64,000 nt of DNA from positions 608,001-672,000 of the forward strand of contig JASGHJ010000002.1 in assembly GCA_047602405.1 (NCBI GenBank), read 5' to 3'. A program made the position numbers and the translations under genes. Below, piece after piece: positions 1 to 9,548 of this stretch (position 1 is the first letter of the stretch; each line of letters begins with the position of its first letter). This DNA is from Anaeromyxobacteraceae bacterium. GTDB taxonomy: Bacteria > Myxococcota > Myxococcia > Myxococcales > Anaeromyxobacteraceae. The notes under the pieces were generated by a model. The model was not told where the DNA came from, ran no database searches, and saw only the letters and a list, made by a program, of their open reading frames with translations.

Positions 1-695
1 ATCCACACGTCCGCGAGCGGCCCGGAGAGGCGGACCGCCTCGCCGACGTCGCGGCCCGCGATCTCGGGGGCCCGGTGGCTGTGGCGGATGGCCTCCTGGA
101 GCCCCGCCGGCAGGTTCCAGCGCTCGGCGAGGAGCTCGCCGGCCTCGAGGTGATCGACGCCGAGCCCGGCGCGCTCGGCCACCGGCAGGAGCGCGTGGTC
201 GTCCTCGGCGGCGGCCCAGATCCGGCCGTAGCCGTCCCCGAAGAGCTCGGCCAGCGCGAGCGCGCCGAGGTCCTGGAGCAGCGCGGCGAGGAAGGTCTCC
301 TCGGGGTCGAGCCCGGTGAGCTCCGCGAGCGCGCGGCCCGCGAGCCCGCAGAAGACGGCGCGCCGCCAGAACCGCCCGTGGTCGAACCGGGTGGGGCCGC
401 CCTGCCGGCGCGCGCGCACGAGCGCGAAGGAGAGCGCCGTCGTGACCGTCGCGTTCGTGCCGACGATCGCGATGGCCCGCCCGAGCGTGGTGACCTTGCC
501 GCGCGTCGCGACCGAGGCCGAGTTCGCGAGCCGCAGCAGCTTCGCGGCGATGGCGGGATCGCGCTGCACCGCCCGGCCGACCGCCTCGAGGTCGGCCTCG
601 TCGCGCTCGCAGAGCTCGAGCACCTCGAGCGCCACGGCGGGCAGCGTCGGGAGGGTCGGGCAGGCGAGCAGCCGTGCGCGGAGGAGGGGTTCCAC
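1..695 (-). CDS. HDOD domain signalling protein, 3' end runs off the window
   Basis: Not in the ORF track. Manual minus-strand translation from GTG 695: VEPLLRARLLACPTLPTLPAVALEVLELCE...VQRDPAIAAKLLRLANSA...FWRRAVFCG...FLAALLQDLG, a typical HDOD pattern. Confidence 0.85.
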   Translation of the reverse strand, partial: MEPLLRARLLACPTLPTLPAVALEVLELCERDEADLEAVGRAVQRDPAIAAKLLRLANSASVATRGKVTTLGRAIAIVGTNATVTTALSFALVRARRQGGPTRFDHGRFWRRAVFCGLAGRALAELTGLDPEETFLAALLQDLGALALAELFGDGYGRIWAAAEDDHALLPVAERAGLGVDHLEAGELLAERWNLPAGLQEAIRHSHRAPEIAGRDVGEAVRLSGPLADVW

Positions 696-704
696 GCGGG
701 GCCT

Positions 705-1121
705 CTACCCGGGCTGCATCCGCGCCTTCATGCTCTCGACGGCGCGGCGCATGGAGGCGAGGCGGACCGCCTTCGAGATCGCCTGATCCACCTCGGCGCG
801 CTCCCAGGGCTTCGGGAGGATGGCGGCCACGAGCTCGGTGGCCTTCAGGTCCATGATCTCCGGGAGGTCGGCGTACGCGGTCAGCATGAGCCGCCCGAGG
901 CCGGGGTGCTCGGCCGCCACCCGGCGCAGGAGCTCGACGCCGGTCATGCCCGGCATCGCGTAGTCGGCGATGACCACGTCGATCTCGTGGGTCGCGAGGT
1001 GCTTGAGTGCGGCCTCACCCGAGTCGGCGGTCGCGATGGCGTAGCGCCGGCCGAAGCTGCGATCGAACGCGCGGAGGAGCGAGGGGTCGTCGTCCACGAT
1101 GAGGATCCGCACCAGCGTCAC
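705..1121 (-). CDS. Single-domain response regulator (REC)
   Basis: C-terminal part of ORF 705..2321: RILIVDDD, VVIADYAMPGMTG, MLTAY, LPKPW. GGAGG precedes GTG 1121. Confidence 0.9.
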   Translation of the reverse strand: MTLVRILIVDDDPSLLRAFDRSFGRRYAIATADSGEAALKHLATHEIDVVIADYAMPGMTGVELLRRVAAEHPGLGRLMLTAYADLPEIMDLKATELVAAILPKPWERAEVDQAISKAVRLASMRRAVESMKARMQPG

Positions 1122-1340
1122 GCACACACCTCCGTCGGGCCGCAGACGGCCGGTTCCCCGTGGTGCACGCGGCAGGCCGCCGACGGGCCGGGCGGGACGC
1201 CCGGGAAAGGCCGGAAAATGCCGTTCGCACGGGGAGATGACGCAGGGCGGGGCAGGGCGCGGCCACACCCCTGGGTCGGCGAGGCCCCGGCCGGAGCACC
1301 CGGCGGCGGGCCCCGCGCGCGCGCGTGCTAGACATGCGGC

Positions 1341-2501
1341 ATGGGTCTGTTCGACATCTTTCGGGGCCGGGGGAAGCTCGAGAAGGCGCTCCGCGAGCTC
1401 GAGGCGGAGGCGCCGGCCGGCGAGGCCCTCCTCGACGAGGGCTCCGCGGACGAAGGAGCGCTCGCGCCGGCTCTCGCCGCGAAGGCCGTGAAGGCCGACG
1501 CCGCGGACGCGCCGGACGCGCGCTACGCGGAGGCGATGGGCGTCGACCCCGCGAGCCTCGGCGCGTCCCCGCCGGCGCTCGACGCGGCCGAGCGCGAGAT
1601 CGCCGGCGCCCTCCTCGAGCACTTCGAGGCGAACCGGCCGGGCCCGGCCTCGTTCCCGGCGATCGCGACCCAGGTGCTCGAGCTCGTGCGCGACCCCGAG
1701 GTGCAGGTGCCCGCCCTGGCGCGCCTCATCGAGGACGATCCCGCGCTCTCGGCCGCGGTCCTCGTGCTCGGCAACTCGGCCCTCTACCGCGGCGTGCAGG
1801 AGCTCCGCACCGTGAAGGAGGCGATCGCGCGGCTCGGGCTCACCGAGGTCGCGCGCATCGCCGCCGCGCTCTCGACGCGCTCGCTCTACCAGGCGGGCGT
1901 CCGCGCCGAGTTCGCCGCGTTCGCGCCGCAGTGGAACCGGCTGTTCTTCCACGCCGCCACGGTGGCGCGGGCGAGCGCCGATCTCGCGAAGGCCCGCCGC
2001 CTCGCCGAGGCGGAGGCGGTCTACCTCGCCGGCATGCTCCACGACGTGGGCAAGTCCCTCGCGCTGCGCTCCCTCGCGGCGCTCACGATCGCGGGCCAGG
2101 TCGAGGTGAAGGACGACGACGCGCTCGAGCGCATCCTGCACCGGGTGCACGTGGAGGTCGGCGGCGCCGCCCACCAGGAGTGGGGCCTGCCCCGGCACCT
2201 CGCCGAGGCCGCGGTGCGCCACCACGACGCCGCGATCCCGCCGGGCCCGGAGCACGCCGGGCTCCACGTCGTCCGGCTCGTCTCCGCGCTGCACCTGCTC
2301 CACGAGCGCCCCGCGCTCCACCCCGACGCCGCCGCCGAGGCCGTCCAGAGCGCCCGCGCGCTCGGCCTCGGCCCGGAGCGGGTCGCCGCGCTCGTGGCCG
2401 CCATCGGCGAGACCGAGGACTGGGTCGCGATGATGTTCGGCGACGCGGGCGGCCCGGCGAGCGCCCCACGCGGCGCCGGAGGGCCGCGCCCGGCGCGGTA
2501 G
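1341..2501 (+). CDS. HDOD domain protein
   Basis: SFPAIATQVLEL, IEDDPALSAAVLVLGNSALY, YLAGMLHDVGK, WGLP...AVRHH. Confidence 0.9.
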   Translation: MGLFDIFRGRGKLEKALRELEAEAPAGEALLDEGSADEGALAPALAAKAVKADAADAPDARYAEAMGVDPASLGASPPALDAAEREIAGALLEHFEANRPGPASFPAIATQVLELVRDPEVQVPALARLIEDDPALSAAVLVLGNSALYRGVQELRTVKEAIARLGLTEVARIAAALSTRSLYQAGVRAEFAAFAPQWNRLFFHAATVARASADLAKARRLAEAEAVYLAGMLHDVGKSLALRSLAALTIAGQVEVKDDDALERILHRVHVEVGGAAHQEWGLPRHLAEAAVRHHDAAIPPGPEHAGLHVVRLVSALHLLHERPALHPDAAAEAVQSARALGLGPERVAALVAAIGETEDWVAMMFGDAGGPASAPRGAGGPRPAR

Positions 2502-2533
2502 CCGTCCGGCCCTGGCCGCGCGGGAAGGGCTTC

Positions 2534-2710
2534 TCCGTTCGCCCCGAGCGTAGCCCGCCGCAGGCGGGCGGAGACGAGGGGCCTGGGCCTGGCCCCGAGA
2601 ACATCCGCCGATTCAAGTTACTGATGGTGAATGGTGTCCGTCGCTCGGGGAGGCCAGGGGCGCCCCTCGTCTCCGGGCCGCTGCGCGGCCCTACGCTCGG
2701 GGCGAACGGA
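2534..2710. repeat. Inverted pair of REP-like elements (REPIN-like long hairpin)
   Basis: 2534-2582 and the reverse complement of 2662-2710 both read TCCGTTCGCCCCGAGCGTAG-[hairpin]-CGGAGACGAGGGGC. The spacer is also partly self-complementary. Confidence 0.85.
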
Positions 2711-2829
2711 TCTTCACGGGCCCGCGCGGAAGGGCGGGTGGCTCCGTCGGGGCGAACGGATCTTCATGGGCCCGCGCGGAAGGGCGGGTGGTCCCGTCGA
2801 GGCGAACGGATCTTCACGGGGCGAACGGA
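2701..2829 (+). repeat. 50-bp tandem repeat seeded from the REP end
   Basis: GGCGAACGGATCTTCA(C/T)GGGCCCGCGCGGAAGGGCGGGTGG... at 2701 and 2751, with partial copies at 2801 and 2820. Confidence 0.9.
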
Positions 2830-2855
2830 TGGACCGCGCCTCGCGCGCCCTGCGC

Positions 2856-4523
2856 TCACCCGCCGCCCGCCAGCAGCTCCGTCTCCTCCGCGTCCGGCTC
2901 GCCGGGGCCGAGGAGGTCCACGCCGTTGCGCGCGAGCCGCGCGGCCGCGGCGGCGGCGCGGCGGGGGCGGCCGGCCTCGAGGCACCACTGCGCGTGCGCG
3001 GCGAGGAGCGCGACCTCGAGCGCGCGGCCGAGCGTGAGCGCGGCGCGCCGCGCACCGGCCTCGAGCGATGGGCCGCGCGCGGCGGCGAGGAACGCCCGGG
3101 CGCGCGCCGCGGCGGCGCGGGCGGCGGCGACCGCCGGCGCGAGCGCGGGGTCGCGCGCCGCGCCGAGCCGGGCCTCGAGCTCGCCCGCGAGCGCCTCGGG
3201 CGCGCCCGGGGTCGCGAGGGCGCGCAGGGCGTCCAGCGAGAGCACGTTCGTCGTGCCCTCCCAGATGGGCAGCACCTGCGCGTCGCGCAGCAGCCGCGGC
3301 ACGCCGGTGTCCTCGACGTAGCCCGCGCCGCCGAAGCACTCGACGACCTCGGAGGCGACCGCCACCGCCTGCTTGCCGGTGGTGAGCTTCGCGAGCGGCG
3401 TGAGCACCCGGAAGAGCGCGCGCTCGGCGTCGCTCGCCTCGCCGCCCTCGACGCGGCCGAGGAGCTCGCCCGCGCGGAACGCGAGCAGGAGCGCCCCCTC
3501 GCGCTCCGCCTCGAGCCCGGCGAGGGTGTCCGCGTGGAGGGGCTTCCCCGCGAGCGGCCCGCCGAACGCGCTGCGGCGGCCGGCGTAGTCGCGCGCCAGC
3601 ATGAGCGCGCGGGTCATGCCGGAGGCGGCGGCGACGGCGTTCCAGGTGCGGGTGACGTTCAGCATGGTCGCGACGTTCCGGACCCCGCCGTCGAGCCCGG
3701 CGACCGGCAGCGCCCGCGCGCCGTCGAGCGTGAGCTCCGCCGTCGGGAGCTTCCTCGTGCCGAGCTTCTCCTTCAGCCGGTTGACGAGGATCCCGTTCGA
3801 GCTGCCGTCCGGGAGCCGGGTCTCGACGTAGAAGAGCGCGAGGCCGCGCGAGCCGGTGGGCGCGCCCTCGGGGCGGGCGAGCGCGAGGGCCATCTCGGAC
3901 GTGGTCGCCGAGGAGAACCACTTCGTGCCGAAGAGGCGCCACCCCTCGCCGTCGCGCCGGGCGACCGTCTCGGTGCCGCCGACGTCCGAGCCGCCGGTGC
4001 GCTCGGTCATCCACTGGCCGCTCGTCCACATCGCCGCGGGATCGCGGGAGGTGAGCCGGGGCACCGCGCGCTCCACGAGGGCCCGGTCCCCGACGTCGAG
4101 GAGCGTCCGGGCCGCGCCGTCGGTCATCGCGAGCGGGCAGGCGTAGACGTCCGTGGACGGGTCGAGCACGTGCACGAGCGCGAGCTGGTGCGTGCGGGAG
4201 CGGGCGCCGTGCCGCCGCTCGTAGGCGGTCGCGACGAGCCCGTGGCGGGCGGCGAGCGCCTGGGCGCGGCGCCAGAGCGGCGTGAGCTCGATGCGGTCGA
4301 CCCGCCGGCCCCAGGGATCCCAGGCCACGAGCGCGGGCTCGAGCGCGCGCTCCGCGAGCTGCTGCTCGAGGAGCGGCCCCGCCGCGAGCGCGCCCAGCTC
4401 CCGCAGCTCGGGCTCGATCCCGAGGAGCTCCTCCGGCGAGAAGGTCCGCGCGAGGAGCTCCCGCAGGAGGGGGTCGGCGTCGTAGGTGTTCGGGAGGCGC
4501 GGCGGCTCCTGGAAGAAGGCCAT
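2856..4523 (-). CDS. Acyl-CoA dehydrogenase family protein (AidB-like)
   Basis: CPLAMTDGA, TSGQWMTERTGGSDV, RLKEKLGT, GGAGYVE, VLPIWEGTTNVLSLD. Confidence 0.9.
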   Translation of the reverse strand: MAFFQEPPRLPNTYDADPLLRELLARTFSPEELLGIEPELRELGALAAGPLLEQQLAERALEPALVAWDPWGRRVDRIELTPLWRRAQALAARHGLVATAYERRHGARSRTHQLALVHVLDPSTDVYACPLAMTDGAARTLLDVGDRALVERAVPRLTSRDPAAMWTSGQWMTERTGGSDVGGTETVARRDGEGWRLFGTKWFSSATTSEMALALARPEGAPTGSRGLALFYVETRLPDGSSNGILVNRLKEKLGTRKLPTAELTLDGARALPVAGLDGGVRNVATMLNVTRTWNAVAAASGMTRALMLARDYAGRRSAFGGPLAGKPLHADTLAGLEAEREGALLLAFRAGELLGRVEGGEASDAERALFRVLTPLAKLTTGKQAVAVASEVVECFGGAGYVEDTGVPRLLRDAQVLPIWEGTTNVLSLDALRALATPGAPEALAGELEARLGAARDPALAPAVAAARAAAARARAFLAAARGPSLEAGARRAALTLGRALEVALLAAHAQWCLEAGRPRRAAAAAARLARNGVDLLGPGEPDAEETELLAGGG

Positions 4524-4573
4524 GCGCGGATGCTAACCCGCGCCGGAGCCGAGGGCCGCCCGCCCAGGCGGGC

Positions 4574-5290
4574 TCAGCCCAGGTACGCCGCGATCACCCG
4601 CGCGTCCTTGCGGAGCGCGTCGGGCGTGCCGGACACGGCGATGCGGCCGCGCTCGAGCACGAAGGCGTGGTCGGCGACCTCGAGGGCCGCCTTCGCGAAC
4701 TGCTCGACGAGCAGCATCGTCACGCCCTCGGCCTTGAGCCGGCGGATGGTCCGGAAGACCTCCTGGACCACCACCGGCGCGAGCCCCATCGACGGCTCGT
4801 CGAGCAGCATGATCTTCGGGCGGGCCATCAGCGCGCGCCCGATGGCGAGCATCTGCTGCTCGCCGCCGGAGAGCGTGCCCGCCGACTGCCTGCGGCGGTC
4901 GGCGAGGCGGGGGAAGAGGCCGTAGACGCGGTCGAGGTCGGCGGTCGCCTTCGCGCGGAAGCCGAAGAAGCGGGGGAGCCGGGAGAACGCGCCGAGGAGC
5001 AGGTTGTCCTCCACCGAGAGCGGCGCGAAGACCTTCCGCCCCTCCGGCGAGTGCGCGAGCCCGAGGCGGGCGATCCGCGAGGCGGGCAGGCCCTCGACCG
5101 GCTTGCCGTCGAGCAGCACGCGGCCGCGGGACGGGGTGATCATCCCGGACACCGCGCGCATGGTGGTGGTCTTGCCGGCCCCGTTCGCGCCGATGAGCGC
5201 GACCACCGTGCCCGCCTTCACCTCGAGCGACACGCTCCGGAGCACCTCGGAGAGGCCGTAGCCGGCGTGCAGGTCCTCGACCACGAGCAT
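4574..5290 (-). CDS. livF: Branched-chain amino acid ABC transporter ATP-binding protein
   Basis: GANGAGKTT, LSGGEQQMLAIGRALM, LLDEPSMGLAP. Confidence 0.92.
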   Translation of the reverse strand: MLVVEDLHAGYGLSEVLRSVSLEVKAGTVVALIGANGAGKTTTMRAVSGMITPSRGRVLLDGKPVEGLPASRIARLGLAHSPEGRKVFAPLSVEDNLLLGAFSRLPRFFGFRAKATADLDRVYGLFPRLADRRRQSAGTLSGGEQQMLAIGRALMARPKIMLLDEPSMGLAPVVVQEVFRTIRRLKAEGVTMLLVEQFAKAALEVADHAFVLERGRIAVSGTPDALRKDARVIAAYLG

Positions 5291-5300
5291 CGCCGTCTCC

Positions 5301-7262
5301 TCAGGCGGGGGCGCCGGCCGAGGCCGGCGGCGGGTGGGCGGCGTCGTCGGCCGCGCCGAGGTACGCCTCGATGACGCGCGGGTTGCGCTTCACCTCGTCG
5401 GGCGGCCCCTCGGCGATGAGCCGGCCGCCGTCGAGCACGGTGACGGTGTCGCAGAGGGAGGTGACGACGTCCATGTGGTGCTCGATGAGCACGATGGTCA
5501 CGCCGCGCTGGTGGACGCGCCGGATGACCTCGACCTGCTTCGCCACGTCGGGCGCGGCGAGGCCGGCGGCGGGCTCGTCGAGCACGAGCAGGTCGGGCCG
5601 GCGGGCCAGCGCGCGGGCGATCTCGAGGAAGCGCTGCGCGCCGTAGGTGAGGTCCTTCGCGGGGGTGCGGGCGTGCTCGCCGAGCCCCACGAACTCGAGG
5701 AGCGCGAGCGCGGCGGCCTGGGCGCGCCGCTCCTCCCCGCGCCCGAGCCCGATGGTGATGAGCGGGAGCGGCACGCGGTACGCGCCCCGGAGCGCCACCA
5801 TCACGTTCTCGAGCGCGGACATGCCGCCGAAGAGCTGGAGGTTCTGGAACGTGCGCGCGACCCCGGCCCTCGCCGCGCGGAAGAGGCTCCCCGACGGCAG
5901 GGCCGTGCCCCTCAGGAGCGCCTCGCCCGACGTCGGCGTGTAGAGCCCCGACACGACGTTGACGAGCGTGCTCTTGCCCGAGCCGTTCGGCCCGATGAGG
6001 CCGTGGATGGTCCCCTGCCGGACCGTGAGCGAGACCCCGTCCACCGCCTTCACGCCGCCGAAGTGCCGCTTCAGCGCCTTGAGCTCGAGGAGCGGCGCGC
6101 CGTCGGCGGCGCGCGCCGGCAGCACCTCGTCGAGCGGCGCGGGGGCCGGGAGCGGCGGCGGCGCCACGTTGAAGAGGCCGGCCAGGAACCGGGTCGCGAA
6201 CCCCATCAGCCCCTCGGGCAGGCCCACCACCACCGAGAAGAGCATCAGGGCGAAGATCGCCTTGCGCCAGTCCTCGGTGCTCTGCACGAGCGCGCCGCCG
6301 ACGACGAGCGTCGCGGTGGAGGCGATGGGGGCGAGCGCCTGGAACCGGGAGAGCGTCCGGCGCGAGAGCCCGCGGACGCCGGCGAACAGCGTGATGGCGA
6401 GGCCGGCCCCGGAGAACGCGAGGAAGAGCGTGCGCGAGGAGAGGAGGTTCGGCAGGAGCGCGACGAGCGTCGCGCCGACGAAGGCGCCCCACAGGCTCTT
6501 GCGGCCCCCCAGCACCACCCCGAGGAGCAGGATGACGGTGAGCTCGTACACGAAGCTGTGCGGCTGCAGGTACTGGAAGTTGAAGGCGTAGAGCCCGCCC
6601 GCGAGGCCGCCGAGGGACGAGCCGAAGGCGAAGCCGAGCACCTTGTGGCGGTAGGTGCCGACGCCCATCGCGTCGGTCGCGATGGGGCTGTCGCGCAGGG
6701 CCTCGAAGGCGCGGCCCCACTGCGAGGACAGGAGGTTCCGCATCCCCACCCAGACGATCGCCAGCATCGCCATGCACAGCCAGTAGAACTCGCGTGGCGA
6801 GAGCACGTGGCCGAGCAGGGCCGGGCGCGAGAGCGACAGCCCCTGGGCGCCGCCGGTGAGGGACTCGAGCTCGTTGAGGGTGGTGCTCGTGAGCGCGGTG
6901 AAGGAGAGCGTGGCGAGGGCGAACTGCGGGCCCTCGAGGCGGAGCGACGGCAGCGCGAGCAGCGCGCCCAGCAGGGCGGCCGCGAGCAGCCCGGCCACGA
7001 GCGACACGAGCAGCGGGGCGCCGAGCTTCACCGCGAGGAGGCCGGCGGTGTACGCGCCGATCCCGAGGAAGGCGGCCTGCCCGAGGTTCACCTGGCCGAG
7101 GTAGCCGACGGTGACGTCGAGGCCGATGAGCAGGATGCCGTAGATGGCGAGCAGGGTGAGGAGCCCGAGGAGGTACGGGTTCGTCACCGCGAGCGGCAGG
7201 CAGAGGAGCAGGGCGACCATGCCCAGCTCGGCGCCGCGGACCAGGAGGAGCCGCTTCCACAT
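5301..7262 (-). CDS. Fused branched-chain amino acid ABC permease/ATPase (LivM-LivG)
   Basis: From MWKRLLLV (ATG 7262): GYLGQVNLGQAAFLGIGAY permease, then GPNGSGKST and LDEPAAGL ATPase. Confidence 0.9.
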   Translation of the reverse strand: MWKRLLLVRGAELGMVALLLCLPLAVTNPYLLGLLTLLAIYGILLIGLDVTVGYLGQVNLGQAAFLGIGAYTAGLLAVKLGAPLLVSLVAGLLAAALLGALLALPSLRLEGPQFALATLSFTALTSTTLNELESLTGGAQGLSLSRPALLGHVLSPREFYWLCMAMLAIVWVGMRNLLSSQWGRAFEALRDSPIATDAMGVGTYRHKVLGFAFGSSLGGLAGGLYAFNFQYLQPHSFVYELTVILLLGVVLGGRKSLWGAFVGATLVALLPNLLSSRTLFLAFSGAGLAITLFAGVRGLSRRTLSRFQALAPIASTATLVVGGALVQSTEDWRKAIFALMLFSVVVGLPEGLMGFATRFLAGLFNVAPPPLPAPAPLDEVLPARAADGAPLLELKALKRHFGGVKAVDGVSLTVRQGTIHGLIGPNGSGKSTLVNVVSGLYTPTSGEALLRGTALPSGSLFRAARAGVARTFQNLQLFGGMSALENVMVALRGAYRVPLPLITIGLGRGEERRAQAAALALLEFVGLGEHARTPAKDLTYGAQRFLEIARALARRPDLLVLDEPAAGLAAPDVAKQVEVIRRVHQRGVTIVLIEHHMDVVTSLCDTVTVLDGGRLIAEGPPDEVKRNPRVIEAYLGAADDAAHPPPASAGAPA

Positions 7263-7267
7263 GCGCG

Positions 7268-8146
7268 TCAGACCTTCCGGATGACGGCCTTGCCGAACAG
7301 GCCGGTGGGGCGGACCGCGAGGGCGAGGATGAGGAGCACGAGGCCGGGCGCCTCGCGCCAGCCCGAGCCGACGTAGAGGCTGGCGAGGCTCTCGAGCGCG
7401 CCGAGGAAGACCCCGACCACGACGACGCCGAAGCCGGACTCGAGGCCGGCGACCACCGCGACCGAGAACGCCTTCAGGACGAGGGCGGAGGCCATGGTGG
7501 GCCCGACCGTCGTGATGGGCGAGACGAGGATGCCGGCGAGCGCCGCGACGAGCCCGGAGAGCGCGTAGGAGAGCTGCACCGTGCGGGTGGCGGAGATGCC
7601 CATGAGCTCGCCCGCGTCGCGGTCGGCCGAGATGGCCTCGAAGGCCTTCCCGAGCAGGGTCTGCCGCTTGAAGACCTCCACGAGCGCCATGATGGCGACG
7701 ACGCCGAGGAGCACGGAGAGCTCGAGCGGCGTGACGCCCACCGGCCCGACCTGGATGGCGTCCTGCGGGATGGGGGTGGGGAAGGGCCGGTCGTCCCGGC
7801 CCCAGACGTTCTCCGCGAAGGAGAACAGGAACAGCCCCATGATGATGGTGAGCAGGATCCAGCCCTCGCCGCGCTGCTCGAGGGCGAGCCGCACCGCGGC
7901 GCGCTCCACGGCGAGGCCGAGGAGCGCGCCGAAGAGGAGCCCGCCCAGGACGACGAGCGGGTACGGCAGGCCGAGCCCGATGAGCGTCAGCGTGAAGAAC
8001 GCCGACACCATGACGAGCTCGCCCTGGCCGAAGTTGAGGCTTTTCGAGGTGGCGTAGGTGAGCTGGAAGCCGTACGCGACGAGCGCGTAGACGAGCCCCA
8101 TGAAGGCGCCGCTGACGGCGATCTGGGCGATGACCTCGAAGGGCAT
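7268..8146 (-). CDS. livH: Branched-chain amino acid ABC permease
   Basis: YALVAYGFQLTY...LNFGQGE, hydrophobic, operon context. Confidence 0.9.
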   Translation of the reverse strand: MPFEVIAQIAVSGAFMGLVYALVAYGFQLTYATSKSLNFGQGELVMVSAFFTLTLIGLGLPYPLVVLGGLLFGALLGLAVERAAVRLALEQRGEGWILLTIIMGLFLFSFAENVWGRDDRPFPTPIPQDAIQVGPVGVTPLELSVLLGVVAIMALVEVFKRQTLLGKAFEAISADRDAGELMGISATRTVQLSYALSGLVAALAGILVSPITTVGPTMASALVLKAFSVAVVAGLESGFGVVVVGVFLGALESLASLYVGSGWREAPGLVLLILALAVRPTGLFGKAVIRKV

Positions 8147-8170
8147 GGGGCGCGTCGGGCGCGGGAGCCG

Positions 8171-9397
8171 CTACTTCTTGGCGCCGCGGGCCTGGAGGCG
8201 GACCTTGTCGGCGTCGTTCGCGAAGACGACGCGGCCGTCCTTCACCATGCCCATCACCACCTGCTCGGCGCGGAACGCCTCGTGCGTCTCGACGTTCGCG
8301 GGGTCCCACTTCGAGTAGGGCTTCGCCCAGCGGGCGATGACGCCCTCGACCGGCTCCTTCAGGTCCTCGAGCGCGTCGCGGATCTTCAGGCTCTCCGCCG
8401 AGCCCGCCTGCTTCACGGCGGCCGCGAAGATGAGGACCGCGTCGTAGCCCTGCGCGGCCGAGACCGGGGAGGGGATGCGGTCGACGGCGTAGGCCTTGTG
8501 GTAGCTGTCGATGAAGGCCTTCGCGCGCGGCGTGATGGGCTCCTCGATGAAGGTCTGCGGCATGAGGGTGCCGTTGCCGTTCGGCCCGGCGTTGTCGATG
8601 TAGTTCGACATCGACAGCGTCCAGCCGCCGATGAGCGGGACCTTGAAGCCGATCTTCGCCATGCCGTTCGAGACCGCGGCGAGCTCGGGGCCGATGCCCC
8701 AGATCAGCACCGCCTGGGCGCCCTTCGCCTTGCCGGTGAGGAGCTGCGCGCTCATGTCCTTGTCGCCGATGTTGAACTTCTCGGTGGCGACCACCTCGAG
8801 CTTGTTGCCCTGCTTCGCGATCTGGCCCACGAGGTCGTCGCGCCCGGAGACCCCGTAGTTCGTGGCGTCGTGGAGCAGGAGCACCTTCGTGAAGCCCCGG
8901 CGGATCGCCTCCTGGACCACCATCGCGGCCTGGATGCCGTCGTGCGCGGCGAAGCGGAAGATGGAGAGCTGCTTCGGGCTCGTCTCCGGCTTCGTCCACT
9001 GCGTCATGGAGGCCGACCCGGCGGCCGGGCAGATGATCTTCGTGATGCCCTTCTCCTGCAGGTGCTTGTCGCCGGCGAGCACCACGCCGGTGTTGACCGA
9101 GCCGATGACGCCGGCGAGGTCGGTCATCGACGCGAGCTCCTGGGCGATGAGCGCGCCGCGCTCGTTCTTCGCCTCGTCGTCGCGCTCGATGATCTCGATC
9201 TTGTGCTTCTGCTTGCCGACCTGGACGCCGCCCTGGGCGTTGAGCTCGGCGATGGCGAGCTTCGCGCCGTCGCGGAACGAGGTGCCCATCGGCGCGGAGC
9301 CGCCGGAGAACGGGCCGGTGAGGGCGAGCTTCAGGGTCTGGGCGGACGCGGGCAGCGCGAGCGCGGCGGCGAGCAAGGCTCCAGCCAGTCTCATCAT
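8171..9397 (-). CDS. Branched-chain amino acid ABC substrate-binding protein (LivK-like)
   Basis: Signal peptide, LTGPFSGGSAPMG, ELNAQGG, RDDEAK, AQGYDA. First gene of the liv operon. Confidence 0.9.
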   Translation of the reverse strand: MMRLAGALLAAALALPASAQTLKLALTGPFSGGSAPMGTSFRDGAKLAIAELNAQGGVQVGKQKHKIEIIERDDEAKNERGALIAQELASMTDLAGVIGSVNTGVVLAGDKHLQEKGITKIICPAAGSASMTQWTKPETSPKQLSIFRFAAHDGIQAAMVVQEAIRRGFTKVLLLHDATNYGVSGRDDLVGQIAKQGNKLEVVATEKFNIGDKDMSAQLLTGKAKGAQAVLIWGIGPELAAVSNGMAKIGFKVPLIGGWTLSMSNYIDNAGPNGNGTLMPQTFIEEPITPRAKAFIDSYHKAYAVDRIPSPVSAAQGYDAVLIFAAAVKQAGSAESLKIRDALEDLKEPVEGVIARWAKPYSKWDPANVETHEAFRAEQVVMGMVKDGRVVFANDADKVRLQARGAKK

Positions 9398-9548
9398 CTG
9401 GTGACCCCCTTCAGGGATTGGGGTTACGTTAAGTGAAGCGACGTCGCGGGGTTGGTTAAGGATATTGCGCCAGCGTGCACGGCAACGGTGGCACGCCGGG
9501 AAGCCCTGTTGGGGCCCCCGTGCCAGGGTCCGTGCTGGACGCGGCGCG

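Noticed and set aside
2701..2829. Possible CRISPR array
   Set aside because: The sequence between repeats is nearly identical (tandem duplication), there are only 2-3 units, and no cas genes are present.
9489..9526. sigma54 promoter at the TGGCACG motifs upstream of the liv operon
   Set aside because: No GC at the required -12 spacing on either strand.
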